A DNA stretch of 64,000 nt from a plasmid. Position 1 is the first letter of the stretch; each line of letters opens with the position of its first letter. The notes beneath the pieces were generated by a model, which saw only the letters and a list, made by a program, of their open reading frames with translations, was not told the origin of the DNA and did no database searches. Below are positions 55,912 through 64,000 of this stretch, one piece after another. The position numbers and the translations under genes were made by a program. Location: the sequence record NZ_CP040186.1; one strand, given 5' to 3'.

Positions 55912-56510
55912 TAGGGAAACTCTGAAGAAGACTTCCAGATTTTGGCAAAATACCCGGATTCCACCCACCGAGTTTCCCGATGAAGCAGATGACCTTCGCC
56001 GACGCCGAGTACGCTGGCAAGCGCAAGCAAACCCGCAAGGAGTTGTTCCTGATCGAGATGGATCGGGTGGTGCCGTGGAAGGGCTTGATTGCTTTGATCG
56101 AGCCACATTATCCGAAGGGTGAAGGTGGCCGTCCGGCCTACCCGTTGATGGCGATGCTGCGTGTGCATCTGCTGCAGAACTGGTTCGGCTACAGCGATCC
56201 AGCGATGGAGGAAGCGCTGTACGAAACCACGATCCTGCGCCAGTTTGCCGGGCTGAACCTGGAGCGCATCCCCGACGAAACCACCATTCTCAACTTCCGC
56301 CGCTTGCTGGAGAAACACGAGCTGGCGGCCGGCATCCTCGCTGTCATCAATGGCTCTGGGCGACCGCGGCCTGTCGCTGCGCCAGGGCACCATCGTCGAT
56401 GCAACGCTGATCAATGCGCCCAGTTCGACCAAGAACAAGGACGGCAAGCGCGACCCGGAAATGCACCAGACCAAGAAGGGAAACCAGTATTATTTCGGCA
56501 GTGCGACCTG
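55912..56510 (+). mobile_element. IS5-family element remnant, right copy (inverted relative to 50800..51193), truncated with internal frame changes
   Basis: Starts CTAGGGAAACTCTGAAGAAG. Transposase 55980.. has the same N-terminus as the left copy. Reading continues to ...[15 protein letters not shown] and then homology ends. Confidence 0.6.
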
Positions 56511-56577
56511 AAAGTCGCATGGGTTTCTGTTCCGCAGGTTAACGCCCGACGGAACCGACTGTTCCACCACTCGTTCC

Positions 56578-56976
56578 CTACCCAGACAGGCGTGGCCGGT
56601 AACAGCCGGGTCTGAAGCTCTGGGGACAATGTAACCGCCGATATTTCGGTAGGTCGAACCGCGAGGCCAGACTGAATCTGCCAGCATCAAGGCGGAGAGG
56701 CGCTAGGGATGAACAGGTACCCGCCAACTGCACGGGGGTGATGGTGCTCGCTTGGCGACTGGCTTCTTGCTGGAGGTTAGAGATTGCTTCGGCAATTGCC
56801 TTGGTCTGAGCCACATAGCTGCCGGATAGGTTGGCAATCACAATGCAGCAACGCGGTAACTCCAGAGCGGCGCTCATCAGGCAGCTGAGTGTGTAGGTGC
56901 TCACGGTAGCCAGCGTACCGCCGCCGATGACAGTAGTGCTCGCGTTTTCAAGGTAGGGCGGCAACTCATCGAGCAT
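56578..56976 (-). pseudogene. gene fragment of unknown origin (…IMLDELPPYLENASTTVIGGGTLATVSTYTLSC…)
   Basis: Open frame continues upstream to about 57090 without a start. Loosely reminiscent of the DUF499/BrxC-like ATP-binding region, but I cannot confirm this. Confidence 0.2.
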
Positions 56977-57288
56977 GATCAGGGTCGGTTTGTCCCCGAT
57001 AATTTTCTTCCAGCCAGCCTGATCGACCGCGCGAGGGCCATTGACCCAGTAGGGGGAACCGCAGAATTCGGAAAAAATCGTACGCTAAGCTAACGGTGTT
57101 CTCGTGACAGCTCTTTGACTAGGCTTTCTAAGGCCATTCTGATAGCCCTGACTTCCTGAAAAGCCATGGCTAAAATTTGTGCGGCTAAAAGGGATACCGA
57201 TGGTAAAGTAAGTTATCCCTGTCGAGATACTGAAAAGCGTTATCCTCGTTTTTCCCAAAACTGTTTTGCCAGTTCGCTCAGAGCGCTA

Positions 57289-58484
<1,196 letters not shown>

Positions 58485-59585
58485 CCCAGCCCGCTGCAAA
58501 TTCAGACGGTGTCTGATAATTCAGCGTGGAGTGCGGGCGGCATTCGTTATAATCCTGCCGCCAGTCATTAATAATTTTCCTGGCATGAACGATATCGCTG
58601 AACCAGTGCTCATTCAAACATTCATCGCGAAATCGTCCGTTAAAGCTCTCAATAAATCCGTTCTGCGTTGGCTTGCCCGGCTGGATTAAGCGCAACTCAA
58701 CACCATGCTCAAAGGCCCATTGATCCAGTGCACGGCAAGTGAACTCCGGCCCCTGGTCAGTTCTTATCGTCGCCGGATAGCCTCGAAACAGTGCAATGCT
58801 GTCCAGAATACGCGTGACCTGAACGCCTGAAATCCCAAAGGCAACAGTGACCGTCAGGCATTCCTTTGTGAAATCATCGACGCAGGTAAGACACTTGATC
58901 CTGCGACCGGTGGAAAGTGCGTCCATGACGAAATCCATCGACCAGGTCAGATTGGGCGCCGCCGGACGGAGCAGCGGCAGACGTTCTGTTGCCAGCCCTT
59001 TACGACGTCTTCTGCGTTTTACGCCCAGGCCACTGAGGTGATAAAGCCGGTACACGCGCTTATGATTAACATGAAGCCCTTCACGGCGCAGCAACTGCCA
59101 AATACGACGGTAGCCAAAACGCCTGCGCTCCAGTGCCAGCTCAGTGATGCGCCCTGATAAATGCGCATCAGCAGCCGGACGGTGAGCCTCATAGCGGCAG
59201 GTCGACAGGGATAAACCTGTAAGCCTGCAGGCACGACGTTGCGACAGACCGGTCGCATCACACATCAACATCACGGCTTCCCGCTTCTGGTCTGTCGTCA
59301 GTACTTTCGCCCAAGAGCCACCTGAAGCGCCTCTTTATCCAGCATGGCTTCGGCAAGCAGCTTCTTGAGTCTGGTGTTCTCTTCCTCAAGCGACTTCAGG
59401 CGCTTAACTTCAGGCACCTCCATACCGCCATACTTCTTACGCCAGGTGTAAAACGTGGCATCGGAAATGGCATGCTTGCGGCAGAGTTCACGGGCGGGTA
59501 CCCCAGCTTCGGCTTCGCGGAGAATACTGATGATCTGTTCGTCGGAAAAACGCTTCTTCATGGGGATGTCCTCATGTGGCTTATG
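58485..59585 (-). mobile_element. IS3-family (IS407-like) element, truncated at both ends by IS5 and by the adjacent IS3-family copy
   Basis: orfB 58414..59274 runs into the IS5 IR, so its C-terminus is replaced. orfA is probably 59298..59561 (MKKRFSDEQIISILREAEAG...). Confidence 0.5.
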
Positions 59586-60822
59586 TGACCCTGACCCAAA
59601 ATCCTGTTCCATTCAGAAACAGAATTCCGGCATGATAAACACTCCCCTGAACGGAGGTGGTGCCGATGAAAAAGTCACGATTCACCGAAGAGCAGATTGT
59701 TTTTGCCCTGAAGCAGGCTGAACTGGGTACGTCAGTGCCGGACGTCTGTCGCAAGCTGGGCATTTCGGATGCCACTTTCTATACGTGGCGTAAAAAATAC
59801 GGTGGTATTTCTCCTTCGGAGCTGAAGCATATGCGGCAACTGGAAGAGGAAAATCTGCGGCTGAAGAGGCTGGTTGCCGATCTGAGCCTCGACAAGGCGA
59901 TGCTGCAGGACGTGCTGGCAAAAAAGAGCTGACGCTGGCACGCCTGCGCGAATGGGTCAGGGATTTGCAAGCCCGCTACGGGGCCAGTGAGAGACAGGTC
60001 TGTTTTGCGCTGCGGGTCAGCCGCAGCTCGTTTCGATATCGTTCTGTGGCCGCCGACGACAGCGCACTGCGGCTACGCATCCGTGAGATAACCGAAACCC
60101 GGGTTCATTACGGGTACCGCCGGGTACACGTGATGCTCAGGCGGGAAGGCTGGCGCGATAATCACAAACGGATCTACCGGCTTTACAGCGAACAGGGGCT
60201 GTCACTGCGTCTCAAACGGCCACGCCGCAATAAATCGGCCCAGCGCCGACAACCGCAGCCTCAGGGTCTGTATCCGAATCACGTCTGGGGCATGGATTTT
60301 GTCTCTGATGCGTTGTTTGACGGGCGACGACTGCGCCTGCTGACGGTTATCGACCTGTACACCCGCGAATGCCTGGGGATCTGCGTGGGGCAGAATTTGC
60401 GTTCAACAGAAGTGGCAGAAATGCTGAACAGCATAGCGCTCAGACGTCCTTTACCTCAGTTGCTGAAAACCGATAATGGTTCTGAATTTGCAGGTAAAAT
60501 GCTGGACAGATGGGTGTACGAAAGAGGCATCAGAATCGACTTCTCACGCCCGGGAACACCGACGGACAATGCGACGGTGGAGTCCTTCAACGGCAGGTTA
60601 CGGCAGGAATGCCTGAACGAAAACTGGTTCATGTCCCTGGAGGATGCACGGTGCAAAATCGAGGCCTGGCGCATACACTATAACCAGAGACGTCCCCATT
60701 CTGCGCTGGGCTGGATGACGCCATCTGAATTTGCTGAAAAGTCTGCCGGTTGCCTGAATATGCAGCCAACATGAAGCCGGTTATTCCTGATTATGACTGG
60801 AGCATATTCGGGGTCAGGGTCA
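59586..60822 (+). mobile_element. IS3-family (IS407 group-like) element, apparently complete, 1237 bp
   Basis: Terminal IRs TGACCCTGACCC at 59586 and GGGGTCAGGGTCA ending at 60822. orfA 59657..59932 and orfB 59965..60774 (DDE: DNGSEF...) in the usual -1 frameshift arrangement. Confidence 0.7.
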
Positions 60823-61043
60823 TATGAAGACATTACTAACATCGGGGTGTACTAATCAACGGGGAGCAGGTCATATACCTGGAAGACTCAAGGTAAATGG
60901 TGGAAAAGCCCTGATGCTTTTGTTAAGAGGCGTCTTTATCTCAATCTGCTTAAATCACCGCAACTTGAAGACGATACTCACTATGAGTTCGATTTTCTGA
61001 GTGAAGAAGAGTCTAAGTATTCCGATGAATACCATCAATGGTT

Positions 61044-62271
61044 GAATCGCCACGGATAATCTAGACACTTCCGAGCCGTTGATAATACTGGTTTTCATAT
61101 TCTGTCGGTGACATCTGATCGCTAGAACCATGCCGACGCTTACTGTTATAAAACATTTCGATGTAATCAAAAATATCACTGCGGGCTTCTTCCCGCGTTC
61201 CGTAGATCTTTTTCTTTATCCGTTCACGTTTCAACAACTGGAAAAAACTTTCTGCAACCGCATTATCATGGCAGTTACCGCGACGGCTCATGCTACCCTC
61301 CAGGCCGTGTGATTTCAGGAACGACTGCCACTCATGGCTTGTGTACTGACTGCCCTGATCCGAATGAACCAGCACCTGTTTTTCGGGATTACGCCGCCAT
61401 ACAGCCATCAGCAGTGCGTTCAGGATAATGTCCTTTGTCATCCGGGATTGCATGGACCAGCCGATAATTTTGCGTGAGAACAGATCAACAACAACGGCAA
61501 GATACAGCCAGCCTTCGTGGGTCCTGATGTAGGTTATGTCCGTTACCCAACGCTCATCAGGAGCATCCGGATTGAACTGTCGCTGGAGCCTGTTGGGTGA
61601 CACGATACTGGCCTCGCCTTTACGTGCCCGCGGGCTTCGGTATCCGACCTGAGCCTTTATTCCGACACGTTTCATCAGTCTCCAGACTCTGTTTACTCCG
61701 CACTGTTGCCCGCTGTCACGCAGATCCAGATGGATTTTGCGATAACCATAGACGCATCCCGATTCCAGCCAGAACTGTTTAATCTGTCCTGTCAGTCTCA
61801 GGTCTGCCTGATGGCGTTGTGAATGCGGCTGCTGAAGCCAGGCGTAAAAACCACTGGGATGAACATCCAGCACCCGACAGAGCAGGCGAACAGGCCAGCA
61901 ACAGGAGTTGTCACGGATAAAGGCGTACCTCAGTCGGACAGCTTTGCGAAGTACGCCGCAGCTTTTTTTAATATGTCCCGTTCGTCGGTAACCCGTTTCA
62001 GCTCTTTCTGGAGACGGCGGATCTCGGCCTGAGCATCTGACTGTTCTTTATTAGTGGAAGAATCCGGACCGTACTTCTTTATCCAGGCATAAAGGCTGTG
62101 GGTGGTGATATCGAGACGTGTTGCAACGCTGGCAACAGAATAACCGCGATCAACAACCTGTTTAACTGCTTCAGTTTTAAACTCTTCGGGATAACGCTTA
62201 CCGCTCATGGGCACCTCTCTTTAAGCCATCTTAAATGACTCTGAGGTGTCTGTTAAACCCGTGGCGATTCA
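61044..62271 (-). mobile_element. IS3-family element, complete copy 3 (1228 bp)
   Basis: Ends TGAATCGCCACGG at 61044 and CCGTGGCGATTCA ending at 62271. orfA 61930..62214 (MPMSGKRYPEEFKTEAVKQVV...) and orfB 61061..61873 (270 aa, HSDQGSQYTS DDE region). Confidence 0.8.
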
Positions 62272-62610
62272 GTCAAGCCATTTATTCATCTGCTCAATTT
62301 CACCTTTTTGAGCTTTAATAATGTCCTGTGCGAGTTTTCTCATTTCGGGATCTTTTCCATACTTCAGCTCGGTTTCAGCCATTGCTATTGCCCCTTCATG
62401 GTGTGCAACCATGCCTTTTGCAAAGGCCTTGTCGGGATCTGGCTCATTAACGGCGGCCATCATTTTGTCATGCATATCTTTCATCCCCGCCATGTATTCC
62501 TGTGACGATGCTGATGAGGTCATATCTGACATGTTCATTTCAGAATGTTCAGCAGAAATGGCTGGCAGGGATAACATTAATATTACAAAAAGGGTGTTTT
62601 TGATTTTCAT
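62269..62610 (-). CDS. DUF305-family metal-associated periplasmic protein, C-terminus defined by the IS3 insertion
   Basis: Signal peptide MKIKNTLFVILMLSLPAISA plus histidine-containing DUF305-like HH motifs (MVAHHEGAIAMAE). Its TGA stop (62269..62271) lies inside the IS terminal IR. Confidence 0.5.
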   Translation of the reverse strand: MKIKNTLFVILMLSLPAISAEHSEMNMSDMTSSASSQEYMAGMKDMHDKMMAAVNEPDPDKAFAKGMVAHHEGAIAMAETELKYGKDPEMRKLAQDIIKAQKGEIEQMNKWLD

Positions 62611-62753
62611 ATAATAATTCCTTTCAGACAGGTACCGGTTAAGTGTAGCTGAGTCAGACAAAAAAGCCCCCTGACGGGGGGCAAAAATGTAGCAACGTTG
62701 TTTCAGGAAAATCTATCAGGGAAAAGGTAACAGCACGGATACTACCGTCGCAT

Positions 62754-63185
62754 TCAGCCTGCATTGATCATGCGGCGGTGCGCTTCGGCCATGGCCTGAT
62801 GTGGGCCGGATTGCCCGTTATTCATGAATTCATGGGCAACCGCTGCTCTTTCATGCTCATTCATCGCCGCGTAAGACGTTGACGGGACGGTCGTGGATAC
62901 CGTGTTATTTCCCATCATCTTCTGATGACTTTCCACCATTTTCTGGTGCGCATCCGCCGAGCCGTTCGTCATGGTTTCATGAGCAATAATGGCCTGTTCA
63001 TGCTGGTCCATACCGGTCATACGAGGAGCAGTCCCCTGGATCCCGACAGGAGCCGCAGCAGACTGCATCTGGTGAGCAGGAGCCTGTGCATTGTTGACGC
63101 GATCATGGATATTCACGGTTTCAGTGGCCCAGGCCGATGAAATTAAACCAAAGCCCAGCAAAGATGCTAATACGATATTTTTCAT
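62754..63185 (-). CDS. silE: SilE/PcoE-family periplasmic Met/His-rich metal-binding protein
   Basis: MKNIVLASLLGFGLISSAWATETVNIH.RVNNAQAPAHQMQSAAAPVGIQGTAPRM... matches SilE as I recall it. Repeated M-x-x-H motifs. Could equally be the pcoE paralog. Confidence 0.6.
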   Translation of the reverse strand: MKNIVLASLLGFGLISSAWATETVNIHDRVNNAQAPAHQMQSAAAPVGIQGTAPRMTGMDQHEQAIIAHETMTNGSADAHQKMVESHQKMMGNNTVSTTVPSTSYAAMNEHERAAVAHEFMNNGQSGPHQAMAEAHRRMINAG

Positions 63186-63435
63186 GATAACTCTCCATTT
63201 CTGAATTAGTGATGTCCGGGGAAGTACAACCGGTGTTTTCAGTTCCATAACTGAAACAAGTTCGGCAGCATTTATTTCTCCGGAAGAGGGCTGGATATTC
63301 ATTTCCTGGCGTACTCTGACGCCGGGTATTGATGAAGCAATCCAGCCTTCCTGATAAGTTGCACTAATTATATCGAATGGCTTCTGTTTGCTGCATGACA
63401 GGCTAATGACATCTTTGTCATTTACATCTTTATTT

Positions 63436-64000
63436 TCAGCATTGGGTTTCCGGGATCATTTTCTCCAGTCTGGGCACGGATAAGATAAAACGCGTGGAGC
63501 GTACGTCTGATTCCACCTGCACTCTTCCGTGATGTGCTTCCACGATGGACTTCACAATCGCAAGGCCGATGCCGCTGCCTTCTCCTTTTCGTTGTCTGGA
63601 CGGATCTACCCGATAAAAACGGTCAAACAGCCTTGATAAATGCTCTTCAGGGATTGGTTTCCCCGGATTTTCAATCACAAGGTCAAAAAAGCTCTCCTGC
63701 TCTCTTATTGAGACGGTGATTGCCTGTCCCTCCGGGGTATAACGCAGGGCATTGGATAACAGATTATTGATCGCCCTTCTGAACATTTGTGGATCTCCCT
63801 CAACCAGGCAGGGCATCCCGTTAAATTTGAGCGTGATATTGCGTTCTTCGGCCCAGGCTTCGAAAAACTCGAAGACTTTCATGACTTCCGCTCTGAGGTC
63901 AAACATGACCCTGTCAGGTATCAGCTGATTATTATCTGCCTGTGCCAGGAACAGCATATCGCTGACCATTTTGGTCATCCGGTTATACTCTTCAAGACTG
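63436..64000 (-). CDS. sensor histidine kinase, SilS/PcoS-like; only the 3' (C-terminal HATPase) part is in the window
   Basis: HATPase_c motifs (NLLSNALRYTP, GSGIGLAIVKSIVEAHHGRV). The frame is open to the window edge. Location is upstream of the silE-like gene, same strand. Confidence 0.6.
   Translation of the reverse strand, partial: SLEEYNRMTKMVSDMLFLAQADNNQLIPDRVMFDLRAEVMKVFEFFEAWAEERNITLKFNGMPCLVEGDPQMFRRAINNLLSNALRYTPEGQAITVSIREQESFFDLVIENPGKPIPEEHLSRLFDRFYRVDPSRQRKGEGSGIGLAIVKSIVEAHHGRVQVESDVRSTRFILSVPRLEKMIPETQC

Overview
This window looks like a segment of a large multi-replicon IncF-type Enterobacteriaceae (Klebsiella-like) resistance/virulence plasmid that has been heavily remodelled by insertion sequences. 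All identifications are from reading the sequence and recalling protein families; no database search was possible.

From left to right:

1. nt 1-13000: the accessory side of a tellurite-resistance (ter) cluster. It holds a CitE/HpcH-like aldolase, a DUF4236 protein, a TerW-like HTH regulator and three TerY vWA paralogs flanking a TerD-family TerX. These are followed by a PP2C phosphatase and a Ser/Thr kinase with zinc ribbons (the TerY-P triad), and then a translationally coupled pair of bacterial dynamin-like GTPases.

2. nt 13000-17500: an IS3-family remnant, a stand-alone PD-(D/E)xK nuclease, and an IS3-family element interrupted by IS30.

3. nt 18500-21600: an IncFII replicon (copB, CopA antisense region, tap leader peptide, repA1, ori) next to a PLD-family nuclease. 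A 450-bp GC-rich region with no ORFs lies beside it.

4. nt 22000-27300: an IS nest with two IS110-family fragments around an IS21-family element, plus a truncated IS3-family copy.

5. nt 27900-28700: a GNAT/DUF1778 (KacAT/TacAT-like) toxin-antitoxin pair.

6. nt 29700-36240: an IS4321/IS5075-like element, the arsenic operon arsRDABC, and IS1.

7. nt 36890-39407: an F-like sopC centromere (7 x 43-bp repeats) with sopB and sopA.

8. nt 39690-41400: a RepFIB replicon, with iterons flanking repA.

9. nt 41857-43520: a tyrosine recombinase and a parD / decayed parE pair.

10. nt 43743-45415: an AT-rich P-loop NTPase gene split by a frameshift.

11. nt 45980-47169: a two-gene operon of a small protein plus a HEPN-motif protein.

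12. nt 47600-50670: a GC-rich island of unknown genes, beginning with a DinJ/RelB-like domain fused to tandem repeats.

13. nt 50800-56510: the Pseudomonas-type phosphite-oxidation operon ptxABCDE, flanked by inverted IS5-family remnants.

14. nt 57289-62271: IS5, two IS3/IS407-like elements, and a third copy of the IS3-family element.

15. nt 62269-64000: a DUF305 gene, silE/pcoE-like, and the 3' part of a silS/pcoS-like sensor kinase.

The most interesting candidates for undescribed or under-characterised biology are the HEPN two-gene operon, the GC-rich DinJ-fusion island, and the dynamin-like GTPase pair appended to the TerY-P triad. The split AT-rich NTPase and the stand-alone PD-(D/E)xK nuclease are also worth a look.
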